From a virus, in IMG/VR virus record IMGVR_UViG_3300011113_000123, positions 32,001-96,000 of that record: DNA of 64,000 nucleotides. The stretch is one strand, 5' to 3'. Positions 1-9,408 of this stretch are shown here, piece after piece. The notes beneath the pieces were generated by a model. The model ran no database searches and was not told where the DNA came from. It was given only the letters and a program-made list of their open reading frames with translations. The position numbers and the translations under genes were made by a program. Numbering within the stretch: position 1 is the first letter of the stretch; every line of letters starts with the position of its first letter.

Positions 1-78
1 TCGATCAACTTCATCCAGCTGAACTTCGTAGCAGTTCGCACAGGTGTCGACTTCACTGAAATCGTAGGAAAGTTCTAA
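1..78 (+). CDS. gp18: Tail sheath protein, C-terminal end (partial)
   Basis: Frame 1 reads SINFIQLNFVAVRTGVDFTEIVGKF*, the typical gp18 C-terminus; directly upstream of the tail tube gene. Confidence 0.9.
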   Translation, partial: SINFIQLNFVAVRTGVDFTEIVGKF

Positions 79-117
79 TAGGCGAACTAAATACTAGAAA
101 GGATAGGGAGAAAACAT

Positions 118-726
118 ATGCCCTTTAATGTGTCAACATTCGCCGCAAGAGGACTACCATACGGAGGCGCAAGACCATCTCTTTTCGAGGTGTTCTTGAC
201 GCTTCCGCCAGGAATTGCTGAACCTGCAGCTGAAGCGCAATTTACCTTCGTTTGTAAGGCTACATCACTTCCAACATCTACTGTAGGCGAAATTCAAGTA
301 CCTTACTTTGGTCGTAAGGTAAAGATGGCTGGTAACCGCACGTTTGAAAACTGGCAGGTTACAGTAATGAACGACGAAGACTTCCTGGTTCGAAACGCTT
401 TCGAACTGTGGAGCTCTTACATTAACTCTCACGAAAACAACCTTCGTGATCCATCAGTAATTACAGAGCAGGGTCTAGCATCTTATCGCACAACTGCTAC
501 AGTACGTCACTATGCTAAGACGGGCGTCTTTGCTGGTGGCACTTCATCAGGCGATGCTGCTATTCCAACTCGTCAGTATACATTCGTGAACATTTTCCCA
601 CTCAACGTTGGTAACATCGAACTGAACTGGGAAACAACTGATGCTATCGAAGAATTCACTGTAGAGTTTGCCTACGATTACTGGACTGTTGACGCCGACG
701 TTAACGGTAGGGTGATCGATACCTAA
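118..726 (+). CDS. gp19: Tail tube protein
   Basis: GARPSLFEV, CKATSLP, VPYFGRKVKMAGNRTFENWQVTVMNDEDF, IEEFTVEFAYDYW motifs; T4 gene order 18-19-20. Confidence 0.95.
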   Translation: MPFNVSTFAARGLPYGGARPSLFEVFLTLPPGIAEPAAEAQFTFVCKATSLPTSTVGEIQVPYFGRKVKMAGNRTFENWQVTVMNDEDFLVRNAFELWSSYINSHENNLRDPSVITEQGLASYRTTATVRHYAKTGVFAGGTSSGDAAIPTRQYTFVNIFPLNVGNIELNWETTDAIEEFTVEFAYDYWTVDADVNGRVIDT

Positions 727-742
727 TTGGTCGCCGATTCGT

Positions 743-750
743 TATAAATT
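743..750 (+). promoter_or_regulatory. Putative late promoter (TATAAATT variant)
   Basis: 7/8 match to TATAAATA in the intergenic space before gp20. Confidence 0.5.
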
Positions 751-767
751 AAATTGAAGGAACATAA

Positions 768-2567
768 ATGGCGATCGAATTATTTGGCTTCCGCATTGGA
801 GGGAACGATGACGCTGCTGAAAAGCAAGCGATTCAAGTCCCTTCATTTGCTCCACCTCCTAATACAGACGGCGCGATGGAAGTCGCGCCTGGTGGCGCAT
901 ACGGCACATACGTTGATCTAGAAGGCACAGCTAAGAACGAAGCAGAACTCGTAACTCGATACAGAGAAATGTCAATGTATCCTGAGTGCGAGTCTGCGAT
1001 CGATGACGTCGTGAACGAAGCTATCATTTCGAACGAACATGATGATCCAGTTTCACTCAATCTTGATAAGTTAGAACAACCTGAGAGCGTAAAGAAACGC
1101 ATTCAGGAAGAGTTCAAAGAAGTGCTAACGCTTCTTGATTTCAATAACATGGCTTATGAAATCTTCCGTCGTTGGTATATCGACGGGCGTTTGTTCTATC
1201 ATATCATGATCGACACGAAGCAGCCACGCAAGGGCATTCAGGAGCTTCGTTACATCGATCCTCGCCGTATCCGTAAGATTCGTCAGCCGCTTAAGAGAAC
1301 ACCAGTTGTTGGTCAAAACTCTAAGTTGATTGCTCCTGCATACGAAGAGTATTTCCTATTCAATCCAGCAGGTCTTTCATCTGGTACGCTTACACAGGGC
1401 GTAAAGATTTCGAAGGACGCTATCTGTTATACTCACAGCGGTTTGCTCGACGCTCGTAACCGCATGGTTCTGTCGCATCTTCACAAAGCGATCAAGCCAC
1501 TTAACCAGTTGCGTATGCTCGAAGACGCGGTAGTTATCTATCGTCTCGCGCGCGCACCCGAGCGTCGTATCTTCTACATTGACGTTGGTAATCTTCCCAA
1601 AGCAAAAGCTGAACAGTATGTTCGAGACATGATGGTTCGTCATAAGAATCGTCTGGTCTACGATGCGAACAACGGCGAAATCAAAGACGCTCGTAAGTTC
1701 ATGACTATGCTTGAGGATTATTGGCTCCCACGCCGCGAGGGTGGACGTGGTACGGAAATTACCACGCTGCCTGGCGGTGAGAATCTTGGGCAGATGGATG
1801 ACGTAGATTACTTCCGTAAGAAGCTCTACAAGTCTCTGTCCGTTCCTATATCGCGCCTTGAACCAGATGGTCAGTTTTCGCTTGGTCGTCAAGGTGAAAT
1901 CACGCGCGACGAAGTAAAGTATGCTAAGTTCATCGAGCGCCTGCGCGATCGTTTTACACATCTGTTCGACAATCTACTTGAGATTCAGCTTCTACTCAAG
2001 GGTGTAATGACCCGTGAAGAGTGGAAGCAAATGAAGAATGATATCAAGTATGATTTCCAGCGTGATAACTACTATGCTGAAATCAAAGAACAGGACATGT
2101 TGAACAATCGACTTGCTGTTCTTGGTATTGTTGACGCATACGTTGGTAAATATTACTCAGTCGAGTGGATCCGCAAGAACGTTCTTCGTCAGACAGAAGA
2201 CGAGATGAAAGAGATGGATCAGCAGATGGCTGCGGAAGGTGAGGTACAAGCCGCAGCCGATGAAGAGCAAGCACAAACTCAAATGCAGCAACAACAGATG
2301 CAGCAAGACGCTGAAATGAATTCTGCTAACAATCAGGCTAAGCAAGCTCAAAAAGAAAAGTCTACTCCGCAGAAACTTGAAATCAAAGTCAAGCACGAAG
2401 TTCCTGGCGCAAAGAAAGTAGCAACGAAGGAAGAAACTGTTCCATTCGTACCAAAGGCGCTTACGGAAGATGACAAGAAACTCATTGAAAGCATCACTCG
2501 TGCTATCGAGAAAGTTTCTAAAGAAGACATTAACGATGCTGAAGAAGAGATCAAGGATGCTATCTAA
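768..2567 (+). CDS. gp20: Portal vertex protein with Q-rich C-terminal extension
   Basis: [43 protein letters not shown] motifs. Confidence 0.97.
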   Translation: MAIELFGFRIGGNDDAAEKQAIQVPSFAPPPNTDGAMEVAPGGAYGTYVDLEGTAKNEAELVTRYREMSMYPECESAIDDVVNEAIISNEHDDPVSLNLDKLEQPESVKKRIQEEFKEVLTLLDFNNMAYEIFRRWYIDGRLFYHIMIDTKQPRKGIQELRYIDPRRIRKIRQPLKRTPVVGQNSKLIAPAYEEYFLFNPAGLSSGTLTQGVKISKDAICYTHSGLLDARNRMVLSHLHKAIKPLNQLRMLEDAVVIYRLARAPERRIFYIDVGNLPKAKAEQYVRDMMVRHKNRLVYDANNGEIKDARKFMTMLEDYWLPRREGGRGTEITTLPGGENLGQMDDVDYFRKKLYKSLSVPISRLEPDGQFSLGRQGEITRDEVKYAKFIERLRDRFTHLFDNLLEIQLLLKGVMTREEWKQMKNDIKYDFQRDNYYAEIKEQDMLNNRLAVLGIVDAYVGKYYSVEWIRKNVLRQTEDEMKEMDQQMAAEGEVQAAADEEQAQTQMQQQQMQQDAEMNSANNQAKQAQKEKSTPQKLEIKVKHEVPGAKKVATKEETVPFVPKALTEDDKKLIESITRAIEKVSKEDINDAEEEIKDAI

Positions 2568-2569
2568 CA

Positions 2570-3415
2570 ATGAAGGAACTAGAAAAGGCGCAGATTCTAT
2601 CCATAGCCGCTAAGTTCGCTAAGGCGGAAGCGGATGAACTGCGTCGTTCGTTCCTTGAGAATAGTTTCTCTGAAGTAGATAAAGCTAAACTCCTTTCTAT
2701 CGCGTCAAAGTTCGCCAAGCAAGAAGCGAACGAAATCAAGCGCGAAATCCTAGAACAGATCAAAACTCTCTCAGAGTCTAACGGTGTGTTAGAGCTGAAA
2801 GAAGTTCGTTTGCGTGGACCAGCAGGAAAGCAAGGTCTACGTGGCGAAATTGGTCCTCAGGGTCTCACAGGTCTTAAAGGTGACAAGGGTGATCTTGGTG
2901 AACAAGGTCCAGCTGGTCTTATGGGTCTGCGTGGTCCAAAGGGTGAAAAAGGAGATAAGGGTCAACCAGGTGAACGTGGGCCGATGGGCCCTGCTGGTCC
3001 AGCAGCAGATATCAGCCCGCTAGAAAAGAAACTAGATCAGTTCATCGAAGCAGCAGAAAAGCGTATCTCACGTATCGCGTTCTCAGCAGCTATGGGTATG
3101 GGTCGCAGCCCAGGATCTGGTGAAGTCAATCTTAAGAAACTCGATGACGTTGATTACAGCAGCTTGAGATCAGCGGCTAATGGTCAGGTGCTGATCTATA
3201 ACTCGTCAACAGGTAAGTGGCAAGCTGGAAATGCCAGCGGAACTTCGTCTAATACAATCGCCACAGTTTCTACTGCGCAGTTTGGTAGTCTCGACGAAAA
3301 CGATACAGTCGTTATTGGTGTAACTGGTGGAGTCATTACATCTAACACTGTAGGAACGTTGCTTACGCTTATCAGTGATCTCCAAGCTCGCGTAGCCGCG
3401 CTGGAAAATCCATGA
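2570..3415 (+). CDS. Collagen-repeat virion fibre protein
   Basis: About 21 Gly-X-Y triplets; duplicated N-terminal helix ([13 protein letters not shown] / [13 protein letters not shown]); [19 protein letters not shown] fibre motif. Confidence 0.75.
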   Translation: MKELEKAQILSIAAKFAKAEADELRRSFLENSFSEVDKAKLLSIASKFAKQEANEIKREILEQIKTLSESNGVLELKEVRLRGPAGKQGLRGEIGPQGLTGLKGDKGDLGEQGPAGLMGLRGPKGEKGDKGQPGERGPMGPAGPAADISPLEKKLDQFIEAAEKRISRIAFSAAMGMGRSPGSGEVNLKKLDDVDYSSLRSAANGQVLIYNSSTGKWQAGNASGTSSNTIATVSTAQFGSLDENDTVVIGVTGGVITSNTVGTLLTLISDLQARVAALENP

Positions 3416-4329
3416 CGATAACGGTTACAGTTTCCAACACAACATTCACACAGCTAAGAAGCAAAGTCAATGAAGTCATTGGCGTTGTGAATACGCTTGG
3501 GACTGGAAACGTTTCCAACACATATTTGCAAGCAACATTTGCGACTAAGGCTTATGCAGCTTCTAATACAGCTGTAAGATTGTTAATCAGTGATCGTGTG
3601 CAGGTATCTAACGCGGCAGCAACATATCAAACAAAAGCCGTCGAACGCGCAGCGTTAGCTAACACAAACTCTTTTATCGCAACTCGTGCGACATGGAGTG
3701 CTGTTACTGGTACTAATACAGCTCTTCGTATACTTATCAGCGATAGAATTCAAGTAGCCAACGTCGCAGCTAGATACGCTACGAAAGCATATGCAGCTTC
3801 TAACGCATACGTCAAATTAGTATTAGCTAACACTAACGCATATATTGCTGCTGTAGCCGCGTCATCTGGTGGAGGCAATGGGGTAATACTGACTAGTCTT
3901 TCATCTAGTCTTATTCCATCATCTAATGTTAACTTTGACCTTGGTAGCCCTACTAAGAGATGGCGTTCGCTTTATCTGTCTAACAACACGATCTATCTTG
4001 GTACAGCAAGAATCACGGTTGGTACTAACAACAACATCGTATTCATTGCAAACAATCAACCCGCTAGAATTGAAGCTGCTCAGCTCGTTGTTACAGCAAA
4101 TACGCCTAGCTCGTTTGAAAGCCTTACGATCACGAATCTCGTATTGAACAACGTTCTCGGAACTCAGTACGGTGGCACGGGTAAGTCTTCATTGACACAG
4201 AACGGTGTGATGTACGCTTCTAACAGTACAGCATTCGCTTTTGCAACAGGATCTAATGGTAAGATTATGCAGATTGGTTCTAATGGCGTTCCTAAGTTTG
4301 ACGATGTGGATGGAGGTTCATTTCCGTAA
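3412..4329 (+). CDS. Fibre-like structural protein with ALANTN/TNTALR repeats
   Basis: Repeat modules shared with the two downstream genes; [19 protein letters not shown] and C-terminal DGGSF motifs. Confidence 0.7.
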   Translation: MTITVTVSNTTFTQLRSKVNEVIGVVNTLGTGNVSNTYLQATFATKAYAASNTAVRLLISDRVQVSNAAATYQTKAVERAALANTNSFIATRATWSAVTGTNTALRILISDRIQVANVAARYATKAYAASNAYVKLVLANTNAYIAAVAASSGGGNGVILTSLSSSLIPSSNVNFDLGSPTKRWRSLYLSNNTIYLGTARITVGTNNNIVFIANNQPARIEAAQLVVTANTPSSFESLTITNLVLNNVLGTQYGGTGKSSLTQNGVMYASNSTAFAFATGSNGKIMQIGSNGVPKFDDVDGGSFP

Positions 4330-4601
4330 TGTCAGACGGTTATGTTTATGATAAATCTGTAGAAATGGTTGCGCTGAATCAGTATATGGAACAGCAGCAA
4401 GAACAAATCAACGTGTTACAGCAAGAGCTACTATTACTGAAGACCAAGAACGCCATGCTAGAAAAAGAGCTAGCCGAAGTCAAAAGTATAAATAGCGATT
4501 ATAAAGACCAAATAAGAAACCTGACCGCTGTAAAACAAAGGAAAACTTTAAGCAGCAATTTGTCAGCCAACAGAGGTATAAGAAATGCCATCGGTAATTA
4601 A
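4329..4601 (+). CDS. Small coiled-coil protein
   Basis: Heptad/Q-rich helix; stop/start overlap with neighbours. Confidence 0.6.
   Translation: MSDGYVYDKSVEMVALNQYMEQQQEQINVLQQELLLLKTKNAMLEKELAEVKSINSDYKDQIRNLTAVKQRKTLSSNLSANRGIRNAIGN
4487..4494 (+). promoter_or_regulatory. Late promoter TATAAATA
   Basis: Exact T4 late consensus about 90 nt before the ORF at 4585. Confidence 0.6.
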
Positions 4602-5628
4602 AATCAAAAGAAGCACGACGCCTGGATCTGCGCCGTCATCTCTGGCCGCTGGTGAAATCGCCGTCAACATTCCCGATCGTTTGCTGTTCGTAGGCGATGG
4701 TTCTTCGATCTATCGTATTGGCGCTCAGTATCTTTCAGTTGCTAACGCAGCTTCTATCTATCAAACCAAAACGGTTGAGCGTGCTGCTCTCGCTAATACC
4801 AATGCCTTCATTGCAACGAAACTTAATACGACTACGTTCAATTCTGCATTGGCGAATACGAACTCATACATTGCTACTCAAGCAAGTCGTATTACGCTTG
4901 TTAACACCAATCTTACAGGAACAAACACTGCGCTTCGTACGCTTATCAGCGATCGTCTGCAAGTTGCCAACGCAGCCACTCTGTATGCTACGAAAGTAAG
5001 CCCAACGACTTCAGGTGTTCTTGCTCATACAGGTCGTGCTACAATCAGCACCAATCTAACTGTATCTGGTAATACAACAGTTGTAGGTCTTAGAGCTAAC
5101 AACTCTCTTGGTACAGCAGGTCAAGTTCTTAAAACTAACGGAACCTCTGCATATTGGGATGCTATTGGTTCGCAAACTCAGTATCTGCAAGTTTCTAACG
5201 CTAACGCAACATTCGCTACAAAATCTAATCCATCGACTTCAGGTTTCTTCAACCACACCGGCCGTTTATCTATTGGCACAAACCTTGCTGTTTCTGGTAA
5301 CACTCGAATCAGCGGTTCAACAATCATCGATGGCGATCTAACAGTTGAAGGTGGTGTAACATACATTTCATCTTCGACACTGAACGTAGATGACTCGCTG
5401 ATCAAACTTTCTTCTAACAACGCAGCTGACATTGTAGATACAGGTTTCTATAGTAAGTATGTCGCTTCAGCTACAACTAAGTATGCTGGTGTATTTCGTG
5501 ATGCTACAGATGGTATCTTTAAGGTGTTCTCTGAATCACAAGCTGAACCAACAACGACCGTTAACGTAGCAGCCACAGGATATGCTCTAGCGCAACTTGA
5601 TGCTATTATTGACGGCGGAACTTACTAA
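4585..5628 (+). CDS. Fibre-like protein with Mtd_N-like N-terminus
   Basis: IKIKRS..P..LAAGEIAVN..D..LFVG start, repeat modules, C-terminal IDGGTY. Confidence 0.7.
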   Translation: MPSVIKIKRSTTPGSAPSSLAAGEIAVNIPDRLLFVGDGSSIYRIGAQYLSVANAASIYQTKTVERAALANTNAFIATKLNTTTFNSALANTNSYIATQASRITLVNTNLTGTNTALRTLISDRLQVANAATLYATKVSPTTSGVLAHTGRATISTNLTVSGNTTVVGLRANNSLGTAGQVLKTNGTSAYWDAIGSQTQYLQVSNANATFATKSNPSTSGFFNHTGRLSIGTNLAVSGNTRISGSTIIDGDLTVEGGVTYISSSTLNVDDSLIKLSSNNAADIVDTGFYSKYVASATTKYAGVFRDATDGIFKVFSESQAEPTTTVNVAATGYALAQLDAIIDGGTY

Positions 5629-5641
5629 CTAATTATTGCAC

Positions 5642-5675
5642 AGATGAGCGACAAGGTTTCGCTCATCTTTCCTTT
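5642..5675 (+). terminator. Stem-loop, probable terminator or processing site
   Basis: AGATGAGCGA / TCGCTCATCT 10-bp inverted repeat followed by a pyrimidine run. Confidence 0.55.
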
Positions 5676-5688
5676 CTAGGAGTTTATT

Positions 5689-7506
5689 GTGCCATCTACT
5701 ATTCGAATCAAGCGCAGCTCTGTCGCTGGTAAGAAACCAACGACATCTGACATTTCTACTGGCGAGCTTGCTCTAAACACAAAAGACTTCAAGCTCTTTT
5801 CTTCCAACGGTACTGCAATATTTGAGCTTGCTAATGCTAGTGCGTTAGCGAATACGAACAGTCGCATTGGTTTGCTCAATACGAATCTAACGGGCACAAA
5901 CACTGCTCTTCGTACGCTCATCAATGCTCGTTTGCAAGTATCTAACGCAACAACATTGCTTGCTGCGAAAGCATCATGGGCTGGATTAACTTCTACCAAT
6001 ACTGCGCTTCGTACGCTCATCAGCGATCGACTTCAAGTCGCAAACGCTGCAGCGACCTATCAAACAAGAGCCATTGAACGTGCAGCTCTAGCTAATACCA
6101 ACTCTTCGATTGCTACTCAAGCAACTCGCGTAACTTTGGTCAACACCAATCTTACTGGTACGAACACTGCGCTGCGTACTCTAATTAATGCTCGTCTGCA
6201 AGTATCTAACGCTACCACGTTACTTGCATCAAAAGCATCATGGGCTGGATTAACAGCTACTAATACAGCACTAAGAACTCTTATCAGTGATCGTTTGCAA
6301 GTTGCGAATGCTTCTGCCATATATGCACCAAAAGCGAGCCCGACGTTTACTGGTACAGTAAGCGCGCCTGTTATTTCAGTAACACAATCATCTGGTGATG
6401 AAGGTGGACAAATCGATTTGGCTATTGCTGCTACTAACACCACATTAACAGGTGGGGTTGCGATCGACATATATCAAAATAGACTTAGGATTTTTGAGAA
6501 AGGTGGCACTAATCGTGGTGCATACATTGATCTCACTGCTGCAACCGCAGGTGTAGGATCTAATCTTTTGTCTGGCGGTGGTGGTGGTGGTACAATCACA
6601 CTAACGAAAACTGCAATCAAAGATCTAACTCAAAACGATCAAGTTGTTACTAACGTTAGTTCAGGCGTTTATGCAAACACTGTAGTTGATAATTCGTTAT
6701 TGAATTTAAGAGCAACGTGGGCTGGATTAACAGCTACTAATACAGCACTAAGAACTCTTATCAGTGATCGTTTGCAAGTTTCTAACGCAGCAACATTGTA
6801 TGCTACGAAATCAAATCCTGCCACATCTGGAGTATTAGCGCATACAGGTCGTGCTACAATCAGCACCAATCTAACTGTGTCTGGCAACACTACTTCGGGT
6901 CGTTATATTTTACCAAGTACAGGGGTTTCGGCTCGTAACAACGGAGCTGACGGATGGATGTTTGAAGGCACTGGATATGTCTATCACAACCAATCTGGAC
7001 CAACATATTCTCAAACAAGAATCATCGCGCGTGCTGGTATCAGCGATGATACTAACCAAACTCTAACTTTATTTGGCGGAGTCAACGGTTCTACGACAAT
7101 CAACGGTCTTCTTGCAGCCGCAGGTAGAGCTACGATTGGTACGAATCTAACTGTATCAGGAAATACAACGCTTAATGGTACGACCACAGATAACTCCAAT
7201 GCGCTATCTCAAACGCTGACAGATGCAGCAACCATCGCTTGGAACACGGCTTCAGGACGCGTCGCTAGCGTAACTCTGACTGCTTCTCGTACCATGGGTG
7301 CTCCTACTAATTTAAAGATAGGAACTTACATTCTGAACGTAATTCAAGGTGGCACAGGGAGTTATGGTATCACATGGAACTCTGTGTTCAAGTGGCCTGC
7401 TGGTGTAGCTCCCTCACTCAGCACAGCAGTAGGTGCTAGAGATTTGTTCACATTTTATTCTGACGGAACGAACCTTTACGGATCTTATCTGCCAGACGTT
7501 AAGTGA
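5689..7506 (+). CDS. Fibre-like protein with Mtd_N-like N-terminus and multiple repeats
   Basis: GTG start with AGGAG; IRIKRS..GELALNTKD; five TNTALRTLI repeats; C-terminal beta domain (WNSVFKWPAGVAPSLST). Confidence 0.75.
   Translation: MPSTIRIKRSSVAGKKPTTSDISTGELALNTKDFKLFSSNGTAIFELANASALANTNSRIGLLNTNLTGTNTALRTLINARLQVSNATTLLAAKASWAGLTSTNTALRTLISDRLQVANAAATYQTRAIERAALANTNSSIATQATRVTLVNTNLTGTNTALRTLINARLQVSNATTLLASKASWAGLTATNTALRTLISDRLQVANASAIYAPKASPTFTGTVSAPVISVTQSSGDEGGQIDLAIAATNTTLTGGVAIDIYQNRLRIFEKGGTNRGAYIDLTAATAGVGSNLLSGGGGGGTITLTKTAIKDLTQNDQVVTNVSSGVYANTVVDNSLLNLRATWAGLTATNTALRTLISDRLQVSNAATLYATKSNPATSGVLAHTGRATISTNLTVSGNTTSGRYILPSTGVSARNNGADGWMFEGTGYVYHNQSGPTYSQTRIIARAGISDDTNQTLTLFGGVNGSTTINGLLAAAGRATIGTNLTVSGNTTLNGTTTDNSNALSQTLTDAATIAWNTASGRVASVTLTASRTMGAPTNLKIGTYILNVIQGGTGSYGITWNSVFKWPAGVAPSLSTAVGARDLFTFYSDGTNLYGSYLPDVK
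6241..6780 (+). repeat. Exact 63-bp direct repeat (6241-6303 and 6718-6780)
   Basis: TGGGCTGGATTAACAGCTACTAATACAGCACTAAGAACTCTTATCAGTGATCGTTTGCAAGTT occurs twice. Confidence 0.9.
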
Positions 7507-7509
7507 TTT

Positions 7510-7517
7510 TATAAATA
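7510..7517 (+). promoter_or_regulatory. Late promoter TATAAATA
   Basis: Exact consensus upstream of prohead core genes. Confidence 0.8.
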
Positions 7518-7542
7518 GATTCACAAGATTAAGGACTTCACT

Positions 7543-7740
7543 ATGGAACAGATTTACACAGCAATTCACTCAGCAGCCGAACAAGACGCGAACAGATTCC
7601 GCGACGCTATTGGTGCTGCTCTGAGTGCTAAGATTGCAGATGCCCTTGAGCTAAAGAAAATAGAAATCGCAGCTAGTATGTTAGCTCCACAAGAAGAGCA
7701 CTCAGCAGATCAGGAGATCGATACAGATGAAGACGTTTAA
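7543..7740 (+). CDS. Prohead core protein, gp67-like
   Basis: Small helical protein with acidic tail, between gp20 and gp21. Confidence 0.55.
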   Translation: MEQIYTAIHSAAEQDANRFRDAIGAALSAKIADALELKKIEIAASMLAPQEEHSADQEIDTDEDV

Positions 7741-8305
7741 ACAACTGCGAGAAGCCTTCAAGAAGGAAGAAAACCCAGAAGCTAAGGCTCTTCGTCCACG
7801 TGCACAAGGCGAAAAAGATTTCTATGACTCGCACACGCGTGAGGTAACAGACTATCCAGTAAAGAGCGCTGGTAGGGAAATGAAGCAAGGCGACCATCAT
7901 CCAGAAAATGGTGATCGTTCTCCCATTCAGCAGGGTACATCAAAGCTAGCCGATAAGTCAGGATTCAAGGGAAGCAAGACGCCACTCACTCGCGCTGACA
8001 AAACTCAGGGTGATTTCAAGCCACTCAAGATTTCTCCTTCTGCTGTTAAAGTTCCTGGATTCGCAGAATCAGTTTTCGTTAGTCGCCCTATCATCAACGA
8101 ATCAGATGAAGACGTTATGGAGTTCGAACTTCTTAACGGCGACGTAATTGAAATCAACGCTGACATCTATAACGCAGTGCACGAAGTGTATCATAATCTG
8201 AGCACAGGTAATCAAGTCGTATTCAGATCTGCTGTTAACGAGAGCGCCGATTCATTTGAGCGCATCCTCGATTTCGTTGCTGAAGTAATGAGCGAGGATC
8301 AATAA
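7727..8305 (+). CDS. Prohead core / internal head protein
   Basis: N-terminal MKTFKQLRE resembles the T4 capsid-targeting sequence; head operon position. Confidence 0.55.
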   Translation: MKTFKQLREAFKKEENPEAKALRPRAQGEKDFYDSHTREVTDYPVKSAGREMKQGDHHPENGDRSPIQQGTSKLADKSGFKGSKTPLTRADKTQGDFKPLKISPSAVKVPGFAESVFVSRPIINESDEDVMEFELLNGDVIEINADIYNAVHEVYHNLSTGNQVVFRSAVNESADSFERILDFVAEVMSEDQ

Positions 8306-8691
8306 TGGCTGACGGCGTAGTAAACAAACACGTTAAGGGCGGATGGGTCATTGTTAAGTTTAGTAACGGTGGCGGCTTCGTAAACCTTAATCACGTAAAT
8401 CCGCTCATCGGTGCTAACTCCGCTGGCGAAACTGTAACTCGTATGAATATCATTTCAGCAGAGTGGTCAATTGGTAACAACGCATACTGGGTTGTTAAGC
8501 GCGGCGCAAACACTGTTCTCAATCTTACAGATGGTCAGCACGTATTTGATTTCTCAGATTCACGCCTTGTAGATAACTACGGCGGTGAACCACAGGCTAA
8601 CGTTGTTGTGACTAAAGTTGGTTCTGGTCCAGGAACTATCACTCTAAAGCTACATAAGGTAGCTACAATCGCAGGAGGCTCGCAATACTAA
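8305..8691 (+). CDS. Hypothetical structural protein
   Basis: Translationally coupled to gp21; beta-rich. Confidence 0.6.
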   Translation: MADGVVNKHVKGGWVIVKFSNGGGFVNLNHVNPLIGANSAGETVTRMNIISAEWSIGNNAYWVVKRGANTVLNLTDGQHVFDFSDSRLVDNYGGEPQANVVVTKVGSGPGTITLKLHKVATIAGGSQY

Positions 8692-9347
8692 TGAAACTCA
8701 TCTGCGAAGTTAACGAAAATCTACAGATCATCACAGAGGCCAATGAAGCAGGTGAGAAGCAGTATTTCCTCGAAGGCATTCTTATGCAGGGAAACATTGG
8801 AAACAAAAACGGCCGTGTGTATCCAACAGGAACTCTAGCTAACGAAGTCGCTCGCTACAATCGTGAGTTCGTTCAGCAAAATCGCGCATATGGTGAGCTT
8901 GGACACCCACAGGGTCCAACCATCAATCTCGAGCGCGTATCTCATATGATTAAAGATCTACGACAGGAAGGCGATAACTTCGTCGGCCGCGTTAAGATCA
9001 TGGACACTCCTTACGGTAACATCGTAAAGAATCTCATGAAGGAAGGCGCAAAGCTAGGCTTTTCTTCACGTGGTATGGGTTCGCTGGTTAAGCGTAAAGA
9101 TGGTCTTATGGAAGTTCAGAAAGACTTCTATCTTGCAACAGCAGCTGATATCGTAGCAGATCCTTCAGCCCCACACGCGCTCGCGAACGGGATCATGGAA
9201 GGCAAGGAATGGGTCTGGGACAACGGCATCCTTGTAGAAAAGGAAGTTGCAGCAATTAAGCATGGAATCAATGAGGGATACGGAAGCAAGCAAGATCGCG
9301 AAGCAGTTCTGCTCAATGCTTTCAATAAGTTCCTCAAAAAGTTTTAA
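8691..9347 (+). CDS. gp21: Prohead protease
   Basis: NKNGRVYP, GELGHP, ERVSH, GFSSRGMGS, DIVADPSAP motifs. Confidence 0.97.
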   Translation: MKLICEVNENLQIITEANEAGEKQYFLEGILMQGNIGNKNGRVYPTGTLANEVARYNREFVQQNRAYGELGHPQGPTINLERVSHMIKDLRQEGDNFVGRVKIMDTPYGNIVKNLMKEGAKLGFSSRGMGSLVKRKDGLMEVQKDFYLATAADIVADPSAPHALANGIMEGKEWVWDNGILVEKEVAAIKHGINEGYGSKQDREAVLLNAFNKFLKKF

Positions 9348-9360
9348 ATGGCATCGTTTT

Positions 9361-9368
9361 TATAAATA
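9361..9368 (+). promoter_or_regulatory. Late promoter TATAAATA
   Basis: Exact consensus upstream of gp22-gp23. Confidence 0.85.
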
Positions 9369-9408
9369 AACTATAATAGATTTCTATAACCCTGAGGAGA
9401 ATATCAAT

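Noticed and set aside
3412-7506. Repeats considered as a CRISPR array or a diversity-generating retroelement TR/VR pair
   Set aside because: Repeats are in-frame coding modules with irregular spacing and synonymous rather than adenine-specific differences; no reverse transcriptase or cas gene in the window
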